A stretch of 64,000 nt of DNA from Vicugna vicugna (lineage: Eukaryota). This document shows positions 12,666 through 25,395 of the stretch, piece after piece (within the stretch, counting starts at the first letter, position 1; every line of letters starts with the position of its first letter). The position numbers were made by a program, and so were the translations under genes. The notes under the pieces are model-generated. The model was given only the letters and a program-made list of their open reading frames with translations. It searched no databases and was not told the origin of the DNA. Where the stretch lies: the NCBI GenBank assembly GCA_013265495.1, contig MU058451.1, positions 665,023-729,022 on the forward strand. The letters are read 5' to 3'.

Positions 12666-14079
12666 GCATGGCTCAGGGGATTGGTAATGGGATATAAATC
12701 CTCTCTCGTCAGCACTTCATTTTCAGCAGTGTCTATCTAATGGCTGTCATCACTGCTTAGACTCAGCGACCAGCAAGGAGAGGGGGGGAACTGACAGTTG
12801 AGGTATGGTTCAGAATGCTGTAGTTCATATTCCAAACAGCATCGACATCAGAGCCGTTTTTACCTTTCTGGTGAAGAAGTCAAGGGTTTAAGTGCAGAGG
12901 CTAAATCAGTTATTCACTTTGACCTGAGTCAGTCAGTTCCAAGTTTGGCTAGGTGTATGTTAATTGCTTTGCATTGTGGACTTTGCTATATTTGAATTAG
13001 AAGTAAGAGAAATTCTTTTTCTCAAGTTTAAATAAATGTCCACAGCAGTTGAACTAGTTTGAAGAAGTTTGCAATCTGCTTCAAGTTTAAGTTAAAATAA
13101 TTAGAATGCCAGTTTATTTAGCTACAATGAGAAATAAAATGATAATCTATACTACAGTATTCATGTTGATGAGATCTGTGCATTCAGTAACTTTAGGAAG
13201 AGCTCCAGTGGAAGCCATATCATGATCAAGAGGTTGCTCTGTGTTGGCACAGTGCTCTTTATATGATTCTAAAGTAGCTGGATGTGCCCATCTACAATTT
13301 TTGATCAGGTCTGGATGACTGGCCAGGTTGCTTGGTGGGATGAGGATGAGGCCTAGGGTTCATGAGACCTCTGTTTTAGTCCTGAATCTGTTATCAACTC
13401 ACTAGGTGATGCTTGGTAAATAGGTAAACATTTTTTAAAAAGCTGGTAAGAAATGGTCTCTAAGACCTTTTTAATATAAAATTATTTGGCTTTATGTACA
13501 TGCTCTATAGGCAGCTATATAGATATTTAGATAATTAACTGTCTCAATTCTATTTCCTAAAGACCTTAAGGCTTTTTACAAATATCAGTCAATTCAGTAA
13601 ATAATTGTTAATGGCTTCTGCCATGCAAATTATTGTGTTAAGCGTGGAAGTTGACATGGTCCTCTTGCCCCAAGGAAATTAAATGACTAATTAAAATATG
13701 AACATTCTCATTGTGAACTAATGTAAGTATTAATAGCTACAAATGATAATATGAATATTATAGTATAATGTGAATAATGACTGATGACAATATAAGTCAG
13801 AATTAAAGTCAGCAAGAGGGGTGCAGATATCTGTGGTATAGGATATGGAGTAGGGAAAATATATTTCATTTAGGGAGATTAAAGAAGAATTCATAGAGTA
13901 TAATATTTGAACTGGACTTTGAAATATGGTATGTTTAGCCAGCCTGGAGAACCACTGGTCTAGGGTTAGAGTTGATGTTGCTGTAATGGGATGTGAAATT
14001 CAGCTTGTCTGGTTAAGAGAGGAGGTGTAGGAAGAAGCTAGTGACAGTAGCTTCAGGGCGCTCAGTTGCAGACTGTTTC

Positions 14080-14466
14080 TGTAGTATCTGTTTGGCTGCC
14101 ATAACAAAATTCCATAGGCTGGTGGCTAAAACAGCAGAAATTTATTTTCTCACAGTTCAGAGGGCTGGGAATCCAAGATCAAGGTGCTGTCCTGGCTAGT
14201 TTTTCCCGAGGCCTCTCTCCTTGGCTTGTAGATGGCTGTCTCCTCTCTGTCTTCTCATGGCCTTTTATGTGTGTGTGCGTGTGTGCATCTCTGATGTGTC
14301 TCTCTCTTTTTATAAGGACACCAGTTGTATTAGATCAAGGCCTCACCCTTATGACCTCATTTGAACTTAACTACCCCCATAAAGGCCCCATCTCCAAATA
14401 CAGTCACATTGGGGCTTTTGGCTTCAACATATGAATGGAGGGAGTACACAAAACAGTTTATAACAA
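14080..14466 (-). mobile_element. MLT1A/MLT1B-type MaLR solo LTR
   Basis: 'ggctgccataacaaaattccataggctgg...aaatttattttctcacagttc...tccaagatcaaggtg...ccccatctccaaatacagtcacattgggg'. Confidence 0.88.
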
Positions 14467-15169
14467 CGTCTAAGGCTCTGAGAGGAGCTCTAGCCTTGAA
14501 TTCATAAGACCATATTTTTTTTTGTGAAAAATAAGGGGTTTTTGAAATTAAGAATACCCTCTAAATGGGATATGCTTCAGGCCCCACAAAAGCTGGGTCC
14601 TCCTTCTGCCTGGGAGCAAGATATTCATTAGGTCCATTACCCAGGAGGAGAGGTAGCCCTGAGTAGGGATGCTGTATGGGGGAAGTGGGTAACTGAGAGG
14701 TTCCCCTGTCATCTGACATGTGAGACACAGGAACTGATGTGAATCCCAAGTTTGGATGGAGCTATGAATGCTTTTACATTGGGGGATCAATACCTAATAA
14801 TTAAATGTGTGGCTCTACAAGAGTCATCCTAATTTCTTGATCCTACACCACTAGTGTCAAATTAATGGAAATCCAAAGGAATAAAACATAATGGAGCAGC
14901 ACTAAGGGCTTTTAGGGCATAACAGACTCTTGTTACAGTTGGAAGAAAATGTGGCCAGAGATGGTGGAGATGAAGTGGGAGAACCATTCTGATTCTCTTT
15001 CTGGCATAACTTAAATATAAGTTAGATTTAGATTTTTTGGTCTTAGAGTCAGGAGCAAGCAGTTAATGTTAGTAAAGCATGAAGACCTTCTGTAAGGAGG
15101 GTCATGTATCCTATTCCTCCTTCCTCTTTTAAGGTCTCCTACTCTTCCTTCTGTATTACTGCTTCTTTT

Positions 15170-15325
15170 CAGAATTGCCTGGGGTACTTGTGAAAAATGG
15201 AGATTCCTATGCCTAATCCCAGACTGAAATGAATCAGAATCTTTGGTGAGTGGGGCCCGAAATCTTTATTTTGAAAAATCAGACTTGATTTTTTTTATCT
15301 TTAGAGATTGGAATTTACTGCCCTG
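15170..15325. mobile_element. MER5-type hAT-Charlie MITE
   Basis: 'tcagaattgcctggggtacttgtgaaaaatggagattcc...gaatcagaatctttgg'. Confidence 0.6.
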
Positions 15326-15384
15326 CATCCACAGCACAGTCTCTTAATTTCAGTATTTCAGTCATTAATATCTATTAATTATAA

Positions 15385-15550
15385 CAAAACTACCACTCTT
15401 GGAGCTTGTATTATGAGCTCCATACCGTTCTAAGCAACGTGCTCACCTGATTTTCATGATAAATCTTCATGGTGATAATATTACTCCTATCTTGCAGATG
15501 AGAAACCAAGGCTCAGAAAGGTTAAATTTCTCAAGGCTACATAAGTAGAA
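15385..15550 (-). mobile_element. MIR SINE
   Basis: 'ttgcagatgagaaaccaaggctcagaaaggttaa'. Confidence 0.75.
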
Positions 15551-16439
15551 TTAATAAAAAAACTGAAGGGGTAAGAAGAGAACGAAAATTTGATTAACAT
15601 TAATTTGTAAATATTTCTGTTATATAAAAAATACATTAGATTTATATATTGCCTGAATTATGTGGGTGTTATAATAACTCTTAACTCCTAAGCCCCTTGT
15701 CTCCTTGGGTGTTGCTGGGCTATACTGATAAACTGATATTCTGATGAAATGGAATGCCAGGAAATTCCAAGCACTTGTGGCAGAAGAAATAGATTTCACG
15801 CAATTTTCTTGTCAATACTAACATCCCTCTATGACACTTACCAGGCTTTGGAGACTTGTTTGGTTGGCTAATATTCAAATTTTTGGTTTGAGAAGAAATT
15901 TGGGCACTTCAGGAATAAGATACATAGTTTTGGAAAATATGAACAAAAAATTGTTTGATAATCTGTTTTATTTCAGTAGTATTTGGATCAGTAAATACCA
16001 TGTTTTATTTTTGTAGAGAAAACAAAACAACTCATAGTCAGAAGACTCACTGGGAATATTGTAATACCCCATCCTTTAGTTTTCCACAGTTCCACTTTAA
16101 AGAAAATAATTCCCATTTAATGGACCAAACAACATAATAAAGTTTCTTGAGGCAACTCTTACGATTACCATGTAAGCTTATAAAACAAGCAAGGTGTGTA
16201 TTCCTTCAACAAATTCGCCTTTCAGATATACAAAAAGAAAGAAAATATTCATGTTTATTACATGCAGACTGAGTGGAAATCAGTTACAACAAATGGTAAA
16301 GGAAAAGAGTCCAAGGCAGTGTAACTCATTTTAACAAACGTAGTTCTCCCTAAATGAAGAGGTCAGTTATTTCACAGATGTTTTATTCTGCAGATGATGA
16401 GAACAAATATTTACTTCGTTTAATATTTATTTAAATATG

Positions 16440-17090
16440 GGCTTTTGGTTTTTAAATGTTTTTCTAATTTAAAAATGTTTCAAAATATATTGGGAAAAAA
16501 ATAGAATTCACCTAGCATTCCTCCATTTCTGTTTGGATTTATAAAATAGGAAGCTACAGACCTCTCCCACCATACGTTTTCTCTGCCCAGGGTTAAAAAC
16601 TATTGGCTAGTTTGTATATCATCCCTCTTTCCTAGTTTTATACTTTATATACATTTAATACCCTAAATTAGAATTTTATTAAATAAATTTATCTAGAATC
16701 AGTTTTATTTAAAAATACAGCATGGACATTTTCTAGGTCATTTCAAGGAGGACATTTTAAGCTCTTTAATGGCAGTGTATTATTGTATTGAACTATTCCC
16801 CTATTAACTTTTTAACTTTATTTTTGATTTTTTCCCTACTTAATTTTTTCCATTTTTGCTATTGTAAACATTTTTTTCAATGAATAGCTTTATATGCACA
16901 TTTCAAATTTCGATAGCTATTACCAACCAAATTACTTTCCAAAAAATTTGTTTATTTTTCCTATGTATTTGTATTTGTATATTTGTATTTGTATATTTTC
17001 CCCACATTTGCCGGCACTGGGTGTTAGCAGTGTTTTAAATCACTGAAAATCTGCTGAGGGCAAATTATATTTTATTTTACTTTGCAGTAA
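16440..17090 (-). mobile_element. Very old L1 (L1ME-like) 3' region, heavily decayed
   Basis: T-rich patchy L1 3'UTR-like motifs ('ttttgctattgtaaac', 'ttttccccacatttgccggcactgggtgtta'). Confidence 0.45.
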
Positions 17091-18870
17091 AGAACTGGAT
17101 GATTCTAAACATTGCTGCATATTTAGATTTTTGTTCTGGTATATTTGTAAAAGTTACATGTACTCTATAGAGTCAAGAAAAGTAGATGCTAAGATAGGAC
17201 TAAATATGACTTAAAATAACTGCCAATCACATCTTTAATCTTGGGTTCCAAGCACCTTTTATTTGCCAGGATGGGTAATTAATTCAAAGTATTTCAAACT
17301 TTAGCTTCAATTCTTTCTTCTTCTATAACTAGATATAAGGGAATAAGTAATTCTGCTTGTTTTGAGAAATTCAAGCTGTTTTGTTTTTACCATCTGCACT
17401 TTGTTTATTGGGAACAATCTTCATCTTTACTACTTTATATTACAAATTATATTTTAAATTTTGAAATCTATGTGAAATACCAAAAATTATGATGTTGGAC
17501 AGTTTCTGTCCAGTGTTACTCCTTTGAGCTTTTTCAATTATGTTCTTATAAATTAAAACTTTTTTTTTCTTTAAAATAAGTTATTGGATCTTGGTGGACA
17601 AGAGGCTGAAATGAGATGCTCTTTACTCACTCAAACCTGCAAATACCTCTGCAGGCTTAGACATAAAACCCAGCACGGAAATAATACTTGTCTCACAATC
17701 AGGTCAGAAATGATAACTGAAACCATGGAATCCTTAAGATAAGCTACCTGTGTAATCAGGGGAAATAGCTGAAAAGCCTAATAGAAGGCTTTGTGTTGGA
17801 GGACAGTGATTGAAGTTCAAAAGGCTTAGCAGAGGTCAAGTTGGCAATGTCAGGTATTTCCCCAAGTTTACTTCATTCAATTAAGTTGGAACAATCTGCT
17901 CCTGTGAAAGACTTAGTGGCTTTCCTTACACGGGGGGTTGGGGAGGGGGAAACGGGGATGCTTGGCTTCCTCTGTACCAGAAGCGGTGTCTGGGATAATT
18001 TTAAAAAAGGCATTGAGTCGATTTTCATGAAGTCTCTGTGGGAAACTTCTGCACAATGTAATGGCTGAGTGTGCTTACTAAATACATTTAAAAGAGACAG
18101 AAGGTGTAGATATTTATCTACATGTATAAGCCAACCGTTGCAACCTAAATTCTTTTCAGACTTTGGTTGTTTCTGAATGGGATGACCATTTGTGTGTCTG
18201 CCACATGAATTGAGCTGGTTTTCTTCCTGTTTAGTCTAAACTACTGTTGATTGCTTTGACCCCTGCCCAGCTGAGGGACAAAATGCCCTGGGTTGAGGGC
18301 TTTCTTAAGAGTGCCTGTATTCTCAGCTCAAGGCTGCTTGAACTAGGTAGACTTCAGGGTAGAAAAGCACCCTAAATTGCTTCCTTAAAAGTAAGTTTCA
18401 TATCCTTGACGATTTTTGTCTTTTTTCTTGGTGTGTCACTTTTTTTTTCATTTTTGAAATGTAAAAATGTCTTCTTTTTTAGCTGAAGTAATTATTTTAC
18501 AAACATGAGTGAACTTTGTGGGGGAATAGAAATGGGACATACCCTGACTGCAGCAAATGATCAGATTACAGAGATAAATTGATATATGAGAGGTTCCGGA
18601 ATACTAGGTAATTACAGCACATACCTTCAGGAAATACACACACACGCACACACACACGCATTCATGTTCCTGCATATGTGTGTGTATGTGACTATATAGA
18701 TTTTAATTGTGAGAAAGGTTTGGGAGATAAAACCTATTTTTAAGTTGAATATCACTAATGCCATTATCAATGTGTTTACCATTTAAGATACATTTCTGAA
18801 AGTCATAATCCTAATAACTTTTCACTAGTCAGATACTGGGCAAAATAAATATGGACAAAAATGATTTCAT

Positions 18871-19022
18871 TCAGTAGTTCCTAAATGTGGCTAATTGTTG
18901 GATTCACTTGGGCGCACCCAGCCCTCCTAAATTACGATCTTCGAAACTGAGATCCAGCAAGTTTAACAAGCTCCCCAGATGATTCTCTTAGTCAAGTTTG
19001 TGGAGCCTAAAAAGCATCAGTG
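18871..19022. mobile_element. MER5-type hAT MITE
   Basis: 'cagtagttcctaaatgtggct...gtttaacaagctccccagatgattct...caagtttg'. Confidence 0.6.
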
Positions 19023-21289
19023 TAGGATAATGTCATTGTGTTCTAATCAGTTTGATGTTGAAGCAGTTGTGCAGTTTACTAAAGAACCATTATGCCTGGT
19101 TTTGGTGATGCATGTGAACACTGTATCCAAAACTGCCTCGCTGGAGCTTCCCAGTATAGTCCCCTGACTTAGGCACTGTGAGATCCATTTTATAGGTGAG
19201 GGAACTGATACTGTTAAAATAATTAATCATCAAGTTACTAATTAGGAAAACCAGGATTCAGTCCCAAACTTTCTGGCTACATGTCTAGGGCTTCCAGCAC
19301 ATTGACTTCTGGTAGCCTTGAGGCAGAAATCTTTAGAGGCCTTTTCCAGTAAGATCTAGCATTTTGTCATCCCAAATAACTTTTGACAGTGTTGTATCAG
19401 TTTAGAATACATTTACTGATTTGCTATACATCTAACTTTGTGTTGGATGATAGGTTAGGCCTCAGAGGGAAGAGTTTTACCCTCGAAGAGTCTTGTTGGG
19501 GAGGTAAGGTTTACTTGGGACAAGAGTAGGAAGCAGCAGCTGAGAGTGACTGAGTGTGCATTGTGGACTTTCAGTGCAGTGGCAGTGCAGAGAAAATGAT
19601 TTTGGGCTGAAATTCTGGGGGAGACTCCAGGAGAAGCAGATTCCAATCGGGTCTTGAAGAGTGGGATTTGGAAGGTTCAGGAGGAGACATTACAAGGATG
19701 GGAACAGCAGGAACAAAGGAGTGAGTGCGTGGGTGTGTCTGTGTATTTACTCAAACTCACTGCGTAAGAGAGGACCGCTTTACCCGAGGAGCAGGGAGAG
19801 TGCGGGAACGGCGAGCAGAAGGTGGGGCCTTGGCCCGTCCTTCAAGGTGCCAGACTCCACAGGGCACTGAGACTGTCGAGTTAAAAGGTGCCTTTTGGAG
19901 TCATCGCCCTCTGCTTACACGTGTTATTTATTTTTCTCTCATGTATGCACTCTTGGCCCCCAGAAAATACTTTACCCTAATGCTCCAAAAGCCTCTGTCA
20001 CTGTCCAAAATCAAATTAAGCACAGCGAATGTGACCATCTCTCTGAGACATGCATAGGATTTTGGACATTGAAAGACACAAAAGCCTCAGCATAATAGGC
20101 AGAGAACCAGCAGGTTCCTGGGATAGGACTAATTTTTCTCTGGCCCTTTAGTAACAGGTGGTATTTATCTAACCTGACTGCCCTGGGCAGCTGGTTGATG
20201 GGTTCTTCCAGCTGGACATCTTCTCCCCATTTAGTCCAACCACACCTGTTTCAGACAGCAAACAAGAGCCTTTCTCATCTTTAGTATCGCCATGCGGGGG
20301 GCTGGGGTATAGATGAACCATTCAGCTTCCAGCTGTAGTGTTTCATGATGTCCGAGGATCCCATCTGGCCTCCTACCAGAAAAAAGAAAGGTTTTAGGTT
20401 TAGAGGTGGGCTTTTTTTTTTCCCCCCAGGGAGTGGATTTGTCCTGTTGGGTTGATTTCTTTTGAAAAAGAGATTTCATCATCGATGGCTATCATGTGAT
20501 CAGATTTATCTCCCATTAAAACATCCTTTCCTTGAAGCATGCACTGACATGACTGTGGCTGTCCCTTCAAGCTTTTATTGTATTGCATTAAGGAATTGTA
20601 GAATAATCTCATGAAAGATTAATCACTTCCTGTAAGCATCTTGTACCTGCAGACAGGCAATTACTGAAATATGTCTGAAAGAAAACAACGAAGCACGTTA
20701 AAATGTATCGGCCAGGTATTTTTTGGCAGTGTGACTACAAAACTTGCTTGGGTGCCAGCTTTTTTGGAGCCAAAAAGGACTTCTGTGCTGAGTTAATGGA
20801 TCATAGTTTGTTTTAATAGTTTGTTCATGAGTAGCAATGTTTTCTTTGTAATGACAGCCAAGACTTTGACACTGCACAGGTATTTCTCTTGAGGCTGTAC
20901 AAGTGTGTGTTTTCTTATTTATTTCCCTGTCTAAACTGAATGATAAATCAACCATTTGGACTAGATTCAGTCCTGGCAATTTAAAGAACCCTATATCCCC
21001 AATGCTGAGCCTGCCAGATAGTAGGTACTCAATAAATATTTGATGACAGACAATCTCTATTTTATAGCTATCAAGCGGTTTACAACAAAAGAGTATGATT
21101 TTAGAGGATGCCGTAGCCTCAGACCTGAAAAATCTCCCTAACCGGTATAGTACTGGGTTCACCACCACCTTAACTCAAAACTTTCTGTTTACCAGCGTCT
21201 GTGCTAGAGGCTGGAGATAGGAAAAAAAGACATGGTCCTTACTTTTAAGAAGCTGAGATTTCCTGGTGAGGGAAACATTAATACAACAT

Positions 21290-21490
21290 CCACAACAAAA
21301 GCATTTATGTTTATTGAGCACTTGTGTATTGTAGACATTTAAGCCCTTTGTATATATTAATTCATTTAATCCAGAAAGTCTTACTAATATTATTATGTTT
21401 TTTTAAGATATGTAAACTGAGGCACAGAGAGTTGTACTTTTCTGTAATTTACACAAAGCTAGTAAGTGATGGAACTGGGTTATGAATAAA
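21290..21490 (-). mobile_element. MIR SINE
   Basis: 'tttattgagcactt...attaattcatttaatcc...aaactgaggcacagagag...ctagtaagtgatggaactggg'. Confidence 0.75.
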
Positions 21491-21799
21491 AATACAAAGC
21501 CAAACATTGAATCTGTGGAGTGCTCTGATGGAGTAAGTACAAAGTGCAGAGATGAGGCCCCCTCACCGCAGTACAGTGGGGTCAGGGGAGAGTTTCAGGA
21601 GCAGTTGATGACCAAGCCTTTTCCTCCTTATCTCTACTTTCTGGCCCTGGGACCTGGGACATCTGTTTCTCCCCAGATCTGGTCCTGGTTCTTTCCATGT
21701 CCTTTGCCCGTGGCAGGGAGCACTGTGCTCTATGCTGTGACATCTCTCCACTGATGTCTTACAAGTTATTCAACTTTCAGCAGCTCTAATTATGTCCTG

Positions 21800-21995
21800 C
21801 TGTATGTGGCTCTGGAGTCAGACACATTTAGATTTGAATTTTGTCTCTTCCATTTATAAGTTGTGCAATGTTGGTCAAGTTACTTAACTTCATAGAATTA
21901 CTTTTACTCTTCTCTGTGGTCTGTTTAAAGAATTAATTGAGATAATACGTGTAAGATATCCATCATATAGGCGGTGCTCAATAAATGCTAGTTTT
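21800..21995 (+). mobile_element. MIR SINE
   Basis: 'ggctctggagtcagac...ttggtcaagttacttaac...gtgctcaataaatgctag'. Confidence 0.8.
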
Positions 21996-22362
21996 ATTTT
22001 TCTTGTATGCCCATTTTTTTGCCTGTGTTTCTCCCCACACCTAGCATTGCTCCCCACAAATAGTAGATGATTAATACATGTTTGTTAATTTGATTTTATG
22101 GGAGAAGAGAAGTAACTTATGTCAGTGTTATATTATTAGATCGTCATACACACATCTTCCTAGGATATTTTTCTTTCCCCCTTCCTTCCTCCATCTGCAT
22201 CTACCTTCCCAGCTTAGTTTAAATCCTACTTGCCTTTCAGGTCTTGGCTTAGATAGAATCCTTTCTGAACACTTTTCCCGTCTGAGTCAGGCCCCCTTCT
22301 CCCTGCTTCTGTAGCTCCCTGGGTATTAGGGACTAAAAGAGCCAGACAAACTTTGTTATTTT

Positions 22363-22925
22363 TTAAAGTTGAAGTGAAATCCATGCAACATAAAATTAAC
22401 CATGTTAAAGTGTATAATTCAATGGCATGTATTACCTTTACAATGTTGTGCAACCACCACCTCTATCTAGGTCTAAAACATTTTTATCAGCTCAAAATAA
22501 AACTTTGTAGCCACTAAACATTCATTCCCTATTCCCCCTTCCATTAGCCTTTGGCAACCACCGATCTGCTTTTTGCGTCTATGGATTTACCTGTTCTGGA
22601 TATATCCTACAAATAGGATCATACAGCATGTGACCTTTTGTGTCTGGCTTCTTTGACTTAGAATAATACTTTGAGGTTATAGCATGTATCAGTACTTCAC
22701 TTCTTTCTATGGCTGAGTAATATTCCATCATAAGTACATAATACATCTTGTTTATTCATTAATCCATTGGTGGACATTTGGGTTACGGTGAATAGTGCTA
22801 TTATGAACATTTTTGTGCAAGTATTTGTTTGTGTGCTTGTTTTCAATTTTGGGGATTATATACCTAGGAGTGGGATCGTTGAGTCATATGGTGATTCTAT
22901 GTTTAACTTTTTGAGCAACTGCCAG
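22363..22925 (-). mobile_element. L1MB-type LINE-1 3' end
   Basis: 'taaaattaaccatgttaaagtgtataattcaatggc...ggatttacctgttctggata...tttaactttttgagcaactgccag'; probable TSD cttt(g/a)ttatttt at 22351-22362 and 22926-22937. Confidence 0.88.
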
Positions 22926-24824
22926 CTTTATTATTTTCCAATTTCAAAATGGTGCCCAAATCAAACCTAAAGACAAGCCCAGAAAGCCCAGTGCTGGCAG
23001 ATCTTGAAGGCTTCGGTTCAGGGAAAAGACATACCAAAAGTGGTAGGTATAAATCTATCTTGTAAAAATAATTTTGCTTGTGAGAAAGAAAAACAATATA
23101 GACCAATCTGACTATGAGACATTCTAATGAGGGAGAGAGGGAGAGAGTCCTCCCAAGGCCCCTGGGTTAACTCTTAGCAGCTGGGCTGTTTAAGATTTCA
23201 CTGTTTATCTGGATTCTTTGGGTTTCACTTAAAAGAGCATCAGTGCAAGCCTGGTAACTGTAGCACAAAGATCTGTCTACAGAGTGTAGAAAACTCAGAT
23301 TCTGACTTAGCAGATAATGGGTGTGGCAGACACCATGCTGGGCACTGAAGCAGATGCAATTTGGGGAGGATTTAGATCGTGTTTGTTTTTTGTTAGTTCC
23401 TTCAGTAGAGGAAGTAATAATTTAAGTGAAATTGTGATGTTTAGATATAGAAAATTATTAACTGTTCTAGGAAATGCATGGCTATGCCACATGCGTGCTG
23501 CAGAGGGGTAGAGTCATAGGAAGAAACAAACACCTCACGTGAGGATTATCAGAGAAAATTTCAGTAGAAAAAGGGAATTTAGGCTGTTTTGCAAGATATG
23601 TAGGATTTATATCTAGAGAGGAGCAGATGAAGGTTATCTCCAGGGAAGAAATGGACTGAGGCTACTGAGTTTGGCTGCGATTTGGTCCTAAACAGGTTTA
23701 TTGTTTCAACAAAACTGAAAACATAGCACATAGCAGATCACAATCACTCCAGATCAAGTGAATAGCACATCTGAAGAGGGGAATACATTTCCTTACGAAA
23801 AAAAGAACTGAAATCTGGGTTGGAAATTGCGGCCACTTCAATCTGATGAAGGGGGTTTACTGCTTAGGAACCCCAAGTGAGGGAACTGAGTTTCTTGAAA
23901 ATTGTCTCTGATTTTAAAACTAGATGTGGAAGTGGTCTTAAAATTTCTACTTTCTTCTTATGTAAGTCTTGGGAGTAATTACAAATGCTATCCCTGCTGA
24001 AAGTTAGTGCTCTCTGTCTTTCTGGACCAGAGGTATGAAACGCCCTTTGATTGTCTAATTACAAAACCAGTAGACTCTTTAATTCTATAATTTGGCTACT
24101 TTCAGCTCATGATTATTAGGTATTCACTTTGTTCCTCTTGGAGGGGCAAGCTGGAGAACTAAAACTGTAAGTTGTGGACTGGAAGTAGTAATCTATGTAT
24201 CTGCTGAGAAAGAAGTGATGTTTTCTTCCAAAGTCTCTAATTTCCACCTAGATAAGGAACCGGACATCTGGTGCTCTTAAATCATGATTTCTGTCATTGG
24301 AAAAGGGTTTTATTTTTTCCACTTGGGTAATGTGCTTATCAAACAGTTATATTTTCATTTATGACTTTGCCTAGTCTCTATGTAAAGTAAGAAAGTGTCT
24401 TAGGCAAGCTCCTGCTGTAACAGTGGGATCAGTCTAGTCCTAGGGGAATAGAGACACAAGATGCTTCCTTGTAGCCTAGAAACACATCACCTTGCATCTC
24501 GTTAAAGAATGATCATAGCTGATAACTATATTTGACTTTTGTGGTTCCCTGGGAACATTTCTATGATCTGCCTGGATACAATCTGGATTCACATCAGAGT
24601 ACCTTTACAGCATTATGTTTTACAGGAGCCTTGACATTAATCACTTACTTACCTTCCTTGGCAACCTAAGAACAGCCCAGAGGCAAAGGAGGGAGCAACA
24701 GTCCAAGTGGCAGCGTGGGTTGGAAAAATCCTTTAAGGGGGAGTGACTGCTTGTTGCTATGACAGCTGCATTCTATGACATTACAGGCCTTTCCCGCTGC
24801 AGTTTCGTTAAGGAATGCTTCAGA

Positions 24825-25030
24825 GAGCCAGCTTTGAACAGACATAGTCTGAGGTTTAAACCAAGGCCCAATCTTTTTAAACTCCAGTTTTCAGATCTGC
24901 AAAATGGGGATGAAAGTGTTACTGACCTCTCAGAGTTTTCACGTGGATTAAATGAAATAATGTATATGGTGCGTGGAGCGAAGTGCCTGGCACATAATAA
25001 GCTCTTAGTCCATGGTGGCTGTTGTTGGAG
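24825..25030 (+). mobile_element. MIR SINE
   Basis: 'cagttttcagatctgcaaaatgggg...ggattaaatgaaataatg...gtgcctggcacataataagctc'. Confidence 0.75.
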
Positions 25031-25337
25031 TTCTAGGATCACATTCTATGGCCAGCTCATAAGTCTTAGCAACTTTTTCTTTTACATTCCCATTTTAAAT
25101 GGGAAGTTTCATTTTGCCAATATGTTCCATACTTTTTTGTAAACATGTGCCTTATTTCAAAGTTTGGAGAGATTTATGTTTCAAAAAAATGGCTTATATA
25201 GAGCATATGGGAATTTATAATATAGCCTAGAAAATGTATGAAAATTGTATTTATATTGGCCAAATTAATACTTGAAGGAAGGAAAGGTTTTCTTTGGCAC
25301 TGGGTTAAAATTGTCTTTTTCCCCCCTATTCCCCCCT

Positions 25338-25395
25338 ATTTTTATTGAGATGTAATTGACAGACAGCACGATATAAGTTTAAGGTGTACAGCATG
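25338..25395 (-). mobile_element. Extreme 3' tip (~55 bp) of an L1MA9-like element
   Basis: 'tttttattgagatgtaattgacagacagcacgatataagtttaaggtgtacagcat' closely matches positions ~680-735 of this window. Confidence 0.75.

Noticed and set aside
18635..18692. (CA)n...(TG)n fold-back
   Set aside because: Adjacent short imperfect dinucleotide repeats are common; there is no other support.
20698..21168. 156-aa minus-strand ORF
   Set aside because: Spans an L2 tail ('CHQIFIEYLL'); a chance ORF.
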